From IMG/VR virus record IMGVR_UViG_3300045988_059940, positions 1 through 64,000 of that record: DNA of 64,000 bases. The stretch is one strand, 5' to 3'. This document shows, piece after piece, positions 13,601 to 28,100 of this stretch. Position 1 is the first letter of the stretch. Every line of letters begins with the position of its first letter. Made by a program: the position numbers and the translations under genes. This stretch comes from a virus. Below the pieces are notes generated by a model. That model did not search any database. It was not told where the DNA came from and saw only the letters and a list, made by a program, of their open reading frames with translations.

Positions 13601-16600
13601 CATAGAGCGCATTACAGCATCTCTTACTACAATTTTATGCTCTGGTATTCCCAATTTGTCAGTAAGCCATAATTTCGCTTCTTTTTCATTCAGTTTACCT
13701 TTTTGTTCCTACGTAGAGTATACACCACTTACAGGCCTTGCCCATTCATACATCTGATTTCTACCTACAAATACATTACCAGTACCATCGTTATATAAAT
13801 CTAAAAACAACATACCCTTTTTGAAGGCCCACATTGTTTTAATCATCGCTTCGGCTGTTGAACGCATAATAATGCTATCTGGTGTATATGTTGCTTCTGG
13901 ATGAAGTTTCTTATATTCTGCTAAGAACTCAGCTATTCGCTGTTTAGCTAAATCTAATGCATACTGTTGGCCTTTTGATTCATCTGGCATCCTAAATACT
14001 ATACGTTCACGCATTCCACCGTGACTTTTTGGTCCAGCTTGTTCGTTGAGTTTAGCGAAAAGCTATTTGCGTTCGTCATCGGTTTTTGCCATCTTGAATC
14101 CACGAGCCATACCAGCGTTCATTAGTCTTTCTCCAATTTGTTCTGTCAACATTGCGAATTTTATATCACTAGCTACTTCAAATTTAACATCACTTGCAGC
14201 TGTTTCCTTAATTGTAGTAGTTGGAGTGGATGTATTTATAATCTATTCAGTTTTCTAAGCAACTTTACCACCTTCAACCTAAACACCGTTTGCGAAAACA
14301 AATGGATTTTCAAACACGCGCTCGGTAGTATCTGTTTGTAGCTTTTTGTTTTTTAATAACCAAGCACCTGTTTTAAATTGTTTAGGGAATAGTTCACCAT
14401 ATTCAATTTTGTAGAAGTCTGACAATTTGAATGATAATTGAGGACATCCTGCAATACATATAGTTTGATTAATATATTCTTCCAGACTTTCACGTCCTTC
14501 ACCATATAAATCTTCCATATGTTTTAAGAACGCAGAAATACCATCTGTTGCAGTAAGGTCTACTAACAAATCAGTATTGACAAAGTCTTTATCTATATTC
14601 CAGTGCATCTAAGATGCAATAGCATGTACAGCAGAAAGTTTATTTTCTTTTGCAGCCTCACTATCTCCGAATATTTCATCATGTGTAAATTTAGCCAAAT
14701 AATATCCACCATGTGGGCCCTTCATTCCAATGTGTAGTTTCATAATACCATCTTCATCTGGCCCATAATACAGCTGCTTAGCAGCAAATGTGTTTATTAA
14801 ATTACCAGTTGTAATTGGCTGATTTTGCAATAATGTATTTTTACCACTATGTATAAAGAACTCAGCTACCTCTTCGTTTAATTCACTAGATACACCAGTT
14901 TGGAATCTCCCCATTAATATATGTAAGATAACTTCGGCAGCACTTGGTAAATACCCATCTTTATTTCCATTTACCCATTGTTTGTTTTCTTTATCGTATT
15001 CCAAACATAGTTTTAGATTTTTCTTATTGTTAAGATAAATAGTTTCTTGCTTTCCGTTAACAACTCGAACTTGGGTGTCAAACTTTTCTTCTCGTAGCAT
15101 TACTGGTATTTTGGTATCAGAAGATTCTGACAATGGGTCAACCATCCAATAAATCTTACCCGATAATCCTCTACCTCTAAACTTAGTATTTGCTTGACTA
15201 TCAAAAAGACCACTTATACTAAAAGCTGGGCGACCGAAAGCTCCTTTACCAAGACCAAACGAAATCTCACCTTCTTTTAGTTTTTCACTCAATTCTTCTA
15301 TATCCATGTCTGTATCTACAACAGGCCTGTATACAGAATTTATACCATCTTCATCTTTTTGTGTCTAAATTTTACCATTACTTTGTACAGTTTGTTCTGG
15401 TACAACATCTGTCCTAGGTTTGTTTGGGAATATATATACTATTTTTCCGTCTTTTTCAGTCTTGGTTAAATATGCATCTATAATTTGATTTCTAAACTCT
15501 CTTAGTTGATTTATTTCTTGGTCAATCTTAGACTGTGTCATCACAATAGCACCAGGTTTAGCATAAAACTGCCTAGCTTTTGTTATAAATTGACCTCTTA
15601 TCCTCTTCCTCTAAGATGCATCTTTTATATAGTCTTCTTGATTAAAATAATCAGTACTAACTGGGTCATTTGACCACCATCTGTCAAATTGTCTAGGGTC
15701 ATTACCTTGTGATACCCACCAAGATTGTGCATATTCTTTTGCTTTATTGTATACAGCTTCATTGTATGCATCAATTCTCGCTGATTTACTTAAATTAACA
15801 CCAGACCTACCTATTTTATCCCAATCTGCACCCTACATTAACATTTCTTCTCTACGTATCTTTTCGTTATTTATATGATACGTTTTTCCAGTTTTTGTAT
15901 TTGTAGAAATAGTTGTTCCAAGACCTCTAAGAGCTGTAATATAACACTTTTCATTATCTTCTATCACAAGAGCAACGGTTAGTGCATCTCTTGGGTCTCC
16001 AATTGAATTTTTAGATTGTTCGGATTGTGTTACTATATAATAACGTTTCGTTGATTTTAACCAACCCCTTCTTGTAAGTTTCTCGGCAAGCTCTTTACCT
16101 ACACCTATTTCTTTATTTAATTTGACGTCTTTTCCATCTACTGTCAACTTCATTGGTTCAGTAGCAAGCGGGTCAAAGAACATAGTCTAACTAATAAATG
16201 TATATCTATGTTCGTCTGTTATAAGCGTTGGGTCATCGTTGTTGTCTTCTCCTTCTGGTAAATCATTGTGAGGTATATCACCCGTTAAATCTACATTAAA
16301 TAGGTCTAACTCATCACGTACTTGCTTTTCAACGTCTGTTGGCATTTTTTTGCCATCTAATAACAATTCACCATCTTCTGTTTCAGACAATCTAGTATAG
16401 AAGTTTTCATCAGAAAGTAAAAGGTCTTCAAATGTAGCTTGTTGTACCTCTACTGCTGCATCATCAACAACATTTCCACCTTCTACGATAATCTCACTAA
16501 TAACCTCCTAGTCCTACTTTTGCGCATCGTCTATATCTTTCTAAAATTCAACATCTTCAACAGCTTCTTCTATGTCGTGTTCGACTTCTTTTACCGAATA

Positions 16601-19600
16601 ATCTGTTATAGTATTTGATTTTGGACTAATCACCTATACACTATTTCCGTCAGTCTTAATGGTGGTATTATTTACAGGCTCTTCCAATTGAGATTGGTGA
16701 GATTCGTACTTATTAGAAGTCAATGGAGCTACATCAACATCTCCACTAATTGTGAATGTAGAGATTTTATTACCATCTTCATCTACTGTATCTTCGCGGG
16801 TTATATAATATTTTCCATCTAAGCCGTTCTCATTAGTATATTCTTGTAGTACGTCACCACTTTTCTTTGACATCAATATTGGTAACCAGTCGTCAATACC
16901 ATCAAATATAGGAGTGCTTTCAGTATTTTTAGATTTCTTGTCTTCTTTTACTTCCTACTTTATATCTTTTATTGTACTTGTTGTAACACTAGGCTGCAAT
17001 GGCTCACCAGTAGTTGGGTCAATCACTACATCTTCATTTGATTGCTGTTCACCATGTGCCTCTTCTTGGCCCTATTCTAAATCTACAAGTTCTTCGTTTT
17101 CTGCTTGTAACAAGTCTTCATCAGTAGCAACGGTTATATCTTTACCTTCTTCTTGTGCTTTTCTTTGTCTTTCGACAATTTCAAGTCTTTCAGATATAGA
17201 TTTTTGTTTTTTATTACGGTGATTATATTTCTCAGCAAGGCCTTCTCTTGCCTCACCTTCTGCTGATTTTTCAATATCGCTCTATAATACATCATCAGAA
17301 GCTTGTTCCTATTGTTCGTTTTGTACAATTTCCTATTCAGCCTGTTCCTGAGATTCTGGTGTTTGTATTCCAATTTCCTCCAATACTTCTTGTGTATTTT
17401 CGATAATTTTACGAGCTATATTATGTCGTTTTACGGTTTTCTTTGCTCTATCTAATGCCATTTTAAATATAGCATCTCTACCAGCTTGTAGCTTTTTTTG
17501 ATTTTTATCTGACGTTAGTGCAGAAACGCTGTCTTCTTGTGACACACTTCCGCCATCCATTTGTTCCCAATGGTTAATCCAATCGTCATATGGTGTTGGC
17601 TCTTTGTTCTCTGTACCAAATATTGCGTTTTTAATCTGTTTTGGGTCAGCTGCAATGCCTCTGTACATATATGACAACAATTGTTGTGGTAAATATAGAG
17701 CGGAATTAAGAGATATATTAAACAGCAATTCATCAAAACTTTCATCGTCATCCAACATGAAATCTTCAAATAGCGCACTATATCCTCCACGATAGCCTTG
17801 CGTTGCTTTCGCTTCTCTTTCTTTTGCTGTTTTTAGTTGTTCATTTATACCATCTATTGTACCAAGCAAAGAGTCAATATCTAAATCTACACCTGTGTGT
17901 TTTTTAATAAACTCTAATCTAGACTTTTGATTGCGTAACTTTTTTGATATATCAAGAAGCTGCTTTATTCTCCTACTTTCTAAATATGCATTAAATCTTG
18001 CAGAAACATAATCCTACCTTGCACGTTGAGATTTTATATAAGAATTATACGCAGCCTCAGCATAGTCAGCCCTATCGGTATTATTTTTAAATACATCTTT
18101 TAGTTTTGCTGTTATTGCTTCTTCTGTTTCATCTTCTACACTTTCAGCCTGCGATTTAGCATAATTACGTATTGCTTTATTGTTTATAAATGAATCTTCC
18201 GTTTTAAGATGTGTCTATTGATATTTATCAATATTTTCCTTCTTATTTATCTGTCGATACAGTTCGTTTCGTGACGCTTCATTGTTCCAAATACTCAATG
18301 CAACATCGTTGTAACTAAGATTTTTACTATTATAAAACTCTTTACTACGCTTTATTGCACGCATTACTGATTTGTCTGATTTGAAGTCATCAAATGTTTT
18401 AAATCTAGAACCTACATTTTCTGCATGATTATTTATTGCTTTTAGGTATTGGTCAAAATAATCACTATGTGTTTGTACAAATTTGCCTAATGATGGATTT
18501 TGCTTTACAAGTTCATCTCTCTCTTTTGTACTCAACGCTGGGTCTAGTAATAGATTTATGATGTTTCTGTAAGCATTTTGTTTTGCACCTAGTTCTTCGA
18601 GTTGTGAATTAAGCAATTCTTTATTTTCAGCAGCATCTACAACACGCTTAGCTCCTTCTACAACAAAGGCCTTGTGTTGTTCAGAACCACGCTTTATTCC
18701 ACTTGCTTTCATCATTTCGTGTACAAGTGGATTATGATACATATCATATGCTGCTTCTGCTAACTTTATGTCTGCATCTATGTATTCCTTTTTTATTACA
18801 GAGTTTTCTTCATCCACGTTGTCTTTTACCACTTGTAGAGACTCTTTTACATCTTTTAGACGAACACCTTTATTATATGCATCATACATCAAAGAAATAT
18901 GAGCCTAGTCTTGTGCATTAGCATAGTTGTTTGCAATCATTTTTGCAACAGCGTCATCAGATTTAAGTCCTTTTATATATCCACGTAGATTATCTTCGCT
19001 AGATGTAAGATTTGAAGCAGCTCCCATTGCACTAGAAAACATCATTGACGAATAAGCACCGATTAAAAACGACTTCCTAATTTCATCAGTACCATTGTCT
19101 GGGTCGCCAGGGTTTAATCCCAACACATTTAATGCTGCATTAGATATAAGTCCTGTGTTGTTTATCAATTCAGGTATACTAAACACACTAGTACCACGCT
19201 TATAATTGTCATATTCACCACGCTTATAACGGTTCGAAAGCATTGTCTGTTGTGCTTCTTCAAGACCTTCTGATGCACCTTCTAATACTAAAAGCTTTAC
19301 TAAGTCTTTACCATACTTTGCAGTTCTATTAAATGTAAGTGCAAATTTAGGCGCATCTTTTTCTAAGAACTGTTTTGTAACTCTTGAAATTGAATTGTCA
19401 ACAAACCCAGTTATTTTATCAGCATTTTTACCTAACGCTTTTGTCACACCACCGTTTACAAAGCTTTTTACAGCTTTACCACTATAATTCATAAACGGAA
19501 GTATTTGAAGGTAATCAACAGCAGCAAGTGCATTGTTTGCATTTATAAGTTTGTTTATACCTTTTCTAGCATCAGATTTTGCTTTGTCAAATGCTTCATC

Positions 19601-21205
19601 ACCAGTATTAATATTATAAGCTATACCTGCTTTTACAATCTATTCTTCTGATAGATTTTGAGCATCTATACCGTGTCTTTGTAATTCATTGCTTATTGAC
19701 TTTATTACTTGATTGATATTAGCACCGTTTTTATATGCAGTTTCAAGCACACGTTCACCCATAGCTTGAATTGCCTCTAACCCAGTTTCGTCTTTTCTTG
19801 ATTGTATAGCAGCATTAAGACCTAATGCGACAGAACCTCCTTTTACAGCAGCGTTTATGGCTTCTGCATACTTTCCAGGAGACATTCTTGCTGCAACAAC
19901 TTCTCCAAGACTACTCAATAGTCCGTTTGCAGTAACAGCTTGTGCTTGGTGTTTAAATAAACCTATTGTAGATGCGGTTTCGGCAAACGTATATAACGGA
20001 TGAGTTAATGGATTTGTATTGTTTGCTTCTTGCTCTTTCTTATACCACTCAGGTATCTCTGGGTCATATGCAGTTACCCTAAAATCTGGTAAATTAAATT
20101 TTGCACCCAAGATATTATAAGTACCTCCAAAATTTATTTTTCCATCTTTTAAGCGCTTACTATCTAACGCTAGCGCGTGTGTATATTCATTTAATTCCCT
20201 ATCCTTTTTCGCTGTAAGCTCATATAATTCACTTCTGTTGAGTGAAGTAGGTAGTTCGTGTTTATTGAGCTCAGAGCCTTTATATAGCTTTGTAAGAAGA
20301 CCAGATGAAACTGGGTCATTATAATCAAGATTTTTTAACGCATTTCTAGTAATTTGACCTTGTAAACCAGTAATGTTTGCTTTATCTAAAAATTGTGCAG
20401 CTTCTGTCAATGTCCTTGTTGCGGCATTAGAAGCAATTTGTGCAGCGAAATCTATTGGCATAAACAAAGTCTGTACTGCTGATTTTACATTGTTCCACCA
20501 ACCATCACCAAATTTAGGTTTTGATATATCAACATCAGTTAATGCCATTGTATTAACTAATGCTTTATCCATCATGTCCATTTTAGATGTGTCGAACATG
20601 TGTCTCGCAATTACATCGTGCGTTTTACCTTCTCCTAAGAAATAATCATCATATCGTTTTATAGCATTTCTAACATCAGCTATTTGTGCATCAATTTGCT
20701 GTAAAGCTAATATATTGTTGTTTCGAATATAATCATTTCTTTTATATAAAAGTTCATTTAAGGATTCGTTTTTAGCATAATAATCTTTTATAGCATCAAT
20801 GTCATCTAGTTCTTGCTTTGTTCTCTATATATTAGCTTGGTCTGAATCTACATCTTGGCTGGTTATCTTATCCATCATAAACCGATATGTATATTTCAGA
20901 TTAGATGGTAAATTTGCAACTTCGTCTAATATATGTGAATTGGTACTTGTAATAAAATCGGCCGCCTTTTCATACCAAGCTTTTTCTTCTTCTGGCTTTT
21001 TGTATACATAAGGTTTATGACTAGCATTTACACCAGAATATTCTAATGGTACATTGTCTATACTTGGGTCCTATGCGCCGCCGTCATAACGTGATGACTG
21101 CACGGCTGCATTAGACCTATTAATTGAATTTATATTCCTAAGTTTATTTAAATTGGCAGCACCATGCTCAGATAAATAAATTTGTTTTTGTTTCTTTTTT
21201 GCCAT
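4697..21205 (-). CDS. Single giant ORF of 5,502 codons; virion RNA-polymerase-like (DxDxD) polyprotein as in crAss-like phages; TAG read as sense
   Basis: ATG at 21203-21205 lies 2 nt after the upstream gene's TAA (21208-21210) and follows an in-frame TAA (21212-21214). The true stop is TAA 4697-4699. All 25 track fragments 4799..20599 are in one frame. I scanned every inter-fragment gap and found 66 in-frame TAG and no TAA/TGA. DFDVD at 8369-8383 (context AQTGSDFDVDKLYIATL). HEAWH at 13478-13492. The polymerase call rests on the DxDxD motif and gene context only. Confidence 0.7.
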
Positions 21206-21207
21206 AA

Positions 21208-23118
21208 TTATTTAGAACCTAATGATGATGAGAATCTATCAGTAGCATAATCATTAGCGGTATTTCTTCCAAACATACCACTATCGTATCCATAGTTAGT
21301 ATTTGCATCGTTGAAACCATAATCGTTTTGGCGCATTCTTGTTACAGGTATATGTACATATTGTATGTCACGAGCTACTGACTTACCGTTGCTTGCAACT
21401 TTACCATCCTTTGTATATAATGTAAGACCAAGACTGCGTGCTACATCTACTGGTTCTCCTCCAACTTCTTTTACAAATTCATTCAAGTCTGAAAGTGGAA
21501 TACTAGCCATACCATTAATATCAATCATCTAATTTCCACCACGAATTGGTATTGCAGCAGTTGTAGTATTCTGATTCACTAAATATCCAGTTAAACCTCT
21601 GTTCTACATCCAATCGTTGAACTTATATGCCAGACTTTGTTTATTTGGTTTATATCCAGCAACTTGTAATTTACGTATTGGACTAAACACAACTGTTTTA
21701 TCTCCCATATTTATAGGATAATATTTACCAGTACCACCTGGATATTTAACCGTTTGACCTTGACCAGATAATTCTTTTAATGCAGTTGTCTAGTCTGCAC
21801 CAGGTATCGTTTTTGTTGTATATCTGTTATATAACTCTGTTGCATTTCGTATTGACACACTTCTTGGAGTAGCTATTCCGTGACCACTTGCTACTTTATT
21901 AATTTGCCTAATCAGTGTTTCTGATGGTAAAAGTTGATTATTTCCATCAACTTTAAATACACCATTCTTGACAGCATATTCAACACCCTATTGCCCAACT
22001 CTTTGCCAGAATGAAGCAATTCTATTTGCATATCCTTTTGATTGTCTACCAGTTGCAGATGTACTTCTTCTAGCTGCTTCTTCTTTCCAATAATTTACAA
22101 TCTGTCCAACCGTATTTCTAAAATTAACATTATCACCAGTACCATCTCCGTTTATACCAACAGATTGGTTATATTTAGCGTTTGAACCAAATTGTTTTTG
22201 GGTAGTCCACGAAGGCAATGGTTGTTGTACAGTTGGCTGCTATGAACCTTGTAGCGCTCTTGCATGGCGTTGTTTTAGATTTTCTAATGCAATTTGACGT
22301 TTAAACTTTAATGCTTCTAGGTCATATTCATTTACCTTATTGGTAAGTTTTAGCTTTTCAGCGTTAGCATTTCTTATATTATCCATTAGTTGTGCAGTAA
22401 CCTACTCATTGTTTGGATTTTCTATACCCTTCTGTAATAATTGTTGTTTTGCTAAATACATATTATATCTACCAAGGTCACTGTTGAGAAAATCTGGTAT
22501 TTGTGAACGCATTGTATTATTTAACTCACGGTCTCTAATACCATACCAATCATAACCTCCCTTTTTGTACAAGAAAGATGGTTCCAGTTGGTCAAACCAT
22601 TTGGATGTTAATTCATTTAAATCTCTATATACACCAGGAGATTGCCTTTCCCACATACCGTCGTTTACAGTACTCCAAGTATCTAGTGTTTTACCGCCAG
22701 TTAACATGTTTTCAAATTCTGGATTCCACTTGCCATCGGCTATCAGTTTGGCCTTCATGTCTAAGTATTTCTGTGCAGTAACAGACGACTACCTTAATTT
22801 GTTTATAGTTCCAGTAGGCATGCTGTTAATTAGTCTTGATATAGTAGCTCTACCCTACTGACTACGTAGTGGGTCAATTCCCGCATCATATAGACTATTT
22901 ATCGTATCTTGTACTTTATTGGTGACGTTTTGATTATACCAATCCATATCTGCCTATATTGGAGATACAAAATCACCGTATTCTTTTTTAAAATCTTTTA
23001 CCTACTGAACACCTTTTTCATACATATCCTTGGCAGCATTAATAGATGCCATCATGATTGATGTATCGTAAATGTCCCTAGTAGGCAATTGTATCCACTA
23101 ATCGTTTGCGTATATCAT
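21208..23118 (-). CDS. Hypothetical virion/ejection protein, 636 aa
   Basis: ATG at 23116-23118, four nt after the upstream TAA; TAA stop at 21208-21210. Fragments 22402..22758, 21988..22218 and 21208..21528 are co-framed. Gaps scanned: 11 in-frame TAG, no TAA/TGA. No motif recognised. Confidence 0.65.
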
Positions 23119-23122
23119 AATA

Positions 23123-25156
23123 TTATCTATTTAATGAGTTTAGATACATTTTATAGTTAGGCGCCCACTTTGGAGCAGTCAATGATACACCAAATGGGTT
23201 TTCTTTGTTATAGTTATACATAGCGACAGGATATGCATTGTTAGAATATGTAGGATTAGTTTGTTTACGTAAACCTACTGCTTGATTATTTAAATCCTAT
23301 CTATATAAATCCATTGTCTCATCAAATTGCTTCTTCTTAAACCTATTAGCTTCATATTGCTGTAATTGGTCTAATAGATTACGCATACCCATTTGTATAC
23401 CTTGTTGTCTTGCTGCATGTGCACGAGCATAATACTCTTCGTTATATTGATTTGCAGCTTGTCTACGTTGAGCATAAGCTTGGCCAGCATTCATAAGAGC
23501 TTGTGCGTATTGACCTTTATATTGGTTGTTATGCATTTGTGCATCATATAAAGCATCAGTTATATCCCTATTTGACTATATATATGATTGTGCATTTGCT
23601 AAATACTTCTAAGCACCACTAAGACCACCAGAACGATTTATTAGATAATTCTACCTATTTTGGTTTTCATAAATCTTCTCTAATGCTTTATATGGACTAA
23701 CCCTAAGTCCAGCCATAGTTGTCAATGCTGCATTTTCATATGGATTACCTGCGTATATATCAGGAGTGTGTATCTTCTAGTTCTTTGCATCCATCATCTG
23801 GTATATACTAGAAATTGCACCTAATCCAGAGGTTAATACATTACCCCAATCCATTCCGCCAGCATATCTTGGTAAAATATCTTTACCGTTCTTATATTCA
23901 TGTTGTGAGTATTGTCTAATCATTTCGTGTTGATTTTTCTATTGGTCTGCTAAGTCTTTAAGTTTATCTACAATTGGCTGTTTTAACTTGTTCACTTCAT
24001 ATTGTTGTGTGTCATCACTTTCTTTGCCAATTGTTCCACGAAGTTTATTTATACTATTATTTGTACGTTTTTCAAACTTTTTATTTATCTATTCTAACGC
24101 CATTGTGTAAGGCAGAGCTTGGTCTCTAAATGTAGTACCAGTACGCCAATCTTTATCTCCACCGAGTATGATTGTGCTACCGTTTACATTAGCATAATTA
24201 GTATCTTGATTAAGCTTACCTTCTTTTACGATATGCCCAGTTGTATTACTTGTATCATCTATGTTATCTATAATACTTTCACCAGCTGCTACCTTAGCAT
24301 TTGGTTCAACCTATTGTTTACCTAACGATGTATATGCAGACACCGTCTATTTTAGTGTTTCTTTGCCTTCTCCTGCGTTCTTTCCGTGCTTGGCATATAA
24401 TATATCATCTTGTGTATTTCCGTTCTCTACGGCGTAATTCTAAGCCATATAATCAGATTGTGCAGACGATGACGCAAAGTTATTCTTTTGTATAGCTGCT
24501 TCCTATGCTGCCTACATTCTTCTGCGTAGTTCTCGTTTACGTTTTTTACTTCCAAACAGACCAGTTAAGAAACCACCAATAGCACCAACAGCACCACCTA
24601 TTACTGTACCAACACCTGGAAATATACTTCCAACAGAAGCTCCTAGTGCAGCACCAGATGCTGTTGTTTTTAGTGTATTTGATGTGTTTTCCTTACTTAA
24701 CTCTTTCATTTGAGCATCTCTATCTACATCGTTTTGTCTAACATAGCCAAACCCAAGACCTTGTGTATATGTACGTCCAGAATCGTTTAATATTTGATTT
24801 TCATCTTTTGTACCACTAAACGAGTTCATTACATCACCAGTGAAAGCTATACCGCTACTGATGATATTTCCACCTTTTGATGCCAATCCTGCTCCTAATT
24901 GTTTACCAAAACTTGTACCTTTTTGTTGTAGTACTGGTTGTTGAATATTGAAATTATGATTAGCAGCTTTGGTCTAAAAATCTCCCATCGTGTCTGCAAG
25001 ACTTGGCATAAATGGATTTTCTCCATTCTAATACCTACTACCCAATAAGTCTTTTGTGGAGTACCAATCCACGCTCATCAGGTTAATATTCTTACCAAAC
25101 TAATATCTTGGCAAGCCTTTCTTCTTACTTATTTTTCTATTCTTTTTTAACTCCAT
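23123..25156 (-). CDS. Hypothetical virion/ejection protein, 677 aa, with a Gly-rich membrane-like segment
   Basis: ATG at 25154-25156; TAA stop at 23123-23125. Fragments 24512..24886 and 23297..23536 are co-framed. Gaps scanned: 15 TAG, no TAA/TGA. Basic N-terminus (MELKKNRKISKKKG). Hydrophobic Gly/Ala stretch GAALGASVGSIFPGVGTVIGGAVGAIGGFLTGLFG followed by KKRKRELRRR. Q/A-rich helical segment. Confidence 0.65.
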
Positions 25157-28100
25157 GATATTCTATATTTGGTAATAATGTTACTTATAGATATGCCATC
25201 TAAACTTCCTTTTAAAGTTAAAGTAATACTAGCAGTTTTACCTCTGAGTCTGTCACCATATTTTGCATTATTCACTCTTGGTACAGCCAATCTTACATCA
25301 CCCTCTCTTGTACTACATTTTATGTTATCTTGATTTACATCACCTGTATCGGAAGAATAATACTGTGATATTTGAACGCCTGTAACAATACCAGCATTTG
25401 TTATGATTCGCTATGTATCATAAACTTTAACTAATTCTGGATGCGAGTTTACAACATATGTCAATGATACATTTTTCACAATACCTTCCATATAACTATA
25501 TATTTTATTATCTTGGACAAAATATGGGCTTCCATAACACATAAACCACGATGTTGGGCGCATCAAATACTCGCTAGTAAATGCTTGTGTATATTCGTTA
25601 AATATTAATACTTTACTTTCCTTTGGGTAGATATTAAAATATATTTCATTATATTTTTTATCATAATGTACCGTTCCATCTATTGTACTAAGATGAGACC
25701 ACCAATATTTATTTAATAGATTTTGTACTGTTTTCTCTTTTGATATAGATGTAACACCACCTTGCAGTGAATACCTTAATATTTCATTTCTGATTGCGTC
25801 ATACCAATATAAACCATGTTCGGTAGATACAGAAGATTGTTGATATTTATACATTCCATTTTGTTCTGTAATATAATCATAACGTTCTAATACACCTCCT
25901 GTTCCTAATGCAATAGAAATGTTGTTAGTATCCTATAAAGCAACTCTATCATTTACAGCCAGTCTACCAACAGCATCTGTTTGGAAAAATATCAAATTAT
26001 CACTAAATATATCTAAGTGCGTTACTTCACCATATCGTGCATCTACATCAATGTAATTGGCAGCTTTAAATGTTAGCCAGCTATCTACTGCTTCCTTATT
26101 TGACTTTTGATTTGAATACCTAACTCTGGTATCTAGATTGTTTATTGTCGTACTCTTTGATAAATCACCAATAGCTAAGTGCAACATCGTTCTGTTTGGA
26201 GAACTATATGCCGTATTATATAAATACTATGGCGTACTCTGTTGTAGTATGTTATTTACATTTGAAGCCTCTCTTTGTATGTTTGTTATAGCAAACTTAT
26301 CGTATTTATTATAATCATAACTAAGTCTTGTGCCATAATCTCTTGCTATATTTATATTACTTTCAACAGGTATGCAGTATGTAATATTCGTAGTTAATGC
26401 CGTATCTCTTGGAGAATAATACTTATACAAAGATGTGTATTCAAATGGTACTATATAGCAGTCTCCGTTAAATACATATAAACCCTGATTTATTACTTTG
26501 CCGTCAGTTGTCCTAGTAACAACAGCAACATCGCCACTACTATAATATTTGGTATTCTCTATTGCTTCCCAAGAATAACCTCCATACGGAGTAACTTGTT
26601 TACGTATATTAGATATATATGTACCAGCTATACTTTCTGGTATAAATCCACTATAATACGGTTTTTCTGTAAACGCAGTTTCAGGGTCTGCTTTCATAAG
26701 TACTTCATTATACCTAAAATCTCTACGTGGATTTTGGTCGTAATATGGATTAGCTGAATCTTTTGACAACCCAATCTGTTGACTCACACATTTAAGTACA
26801 TACTCAGGATTTTGCGGAGTGTATTCTGAGTCACTTATTGCAGGATAATCTATTCTATTCGTACCGATTGTATCTGAGAATAAATATGATTTCCTATTTC
26901 CAACATTTGCGTAATCTGGTGTATTGTTTATAACCCATTTGTTATTTATTGAAAACAATAAACAACTACCAGCTGGGCCATATAGGTTTGTTCTGTAATC
27001 TAGCGTTGCTGGGTTATAGTCGTTTGGTACTCTGTATCCACCAGCACCTTGGCTGTAATGTCCGCCACATGCCCAGTTACAATAATTATAGTTTCCTATG
27101 TTAAAATACTTTGTTTTGAATTTAACATTATCATTTTCGTCAGCAAAGTCATTCCACATAAAATCGTGTGATAACTTTATTTCGTCAATATCACATTTAT
27201 TATATGAAAACTATATAATTGCTGGATAACCATTAAATTTATTATCTTTCCAATATGCATCACAGTCAAACTCATTACCATTATGTCCACGTAACAACAC
27301 AGCTGATGATTTATTGTAAAGTTTTATATATGCATATGAACGTCTTAATGCGTCTTGTAGATCATTAGCATTAAAATTCACAGCTCTATCTTGTGCTTGA
27401 CCAACCTCATATCTTACATTTATATGTTGAGGAGGCACATTACTTGGATGCCATCCTTGGTCATTCCACTATTTATTCATACGTATTGAATGGAATGACA
27501 ATAAGTAATTTGCATGATTTAATGATATGGACAATCTATCATTTACAGGCTTATCTAAGTTTGGAACGTTATAATTGGTAGACTCTTCTTTTTTATCTGT
27601 ATCCCAAATACCTATATGTTTTATCTGTAATGGTAGATTACAATTCGTCACAGCTGGATGTATTGCATAATGCGCTTTATCAAATTCTTCTCGTGACAAA
27701 TCACCAGCTGTATCTTCTCCGTGTTTATATCCATTCCATCCACACGCTCCAAATACATATAATTGTGGATTTATATTTAATTTATACTACTTTAATAAAT
27801 CGAATGTAGACTATTTCTAATATGAAATTTCTGGTGATATAAACTAATATACTGTTCCATTTCTATAATTAGAAGCTTCATCCGTGTCTACATTTTGGCC
27901 ATTGTTAGTTGTACTGTGCGCGTGATACCTGTCTCCATGCCAAACTCTACCAGTTGTCAATAGACCAGTTGGTGTTAGCATGTTTTCAGTTTCATGTATT
28001 CGTTTATCATACCTGTGTGATACATATTGTACAGGTCTAGATATAACACCTTGACTTAAAGTTGCTATGTCATTGATTGTCCTATCTGCACGTACTATTT

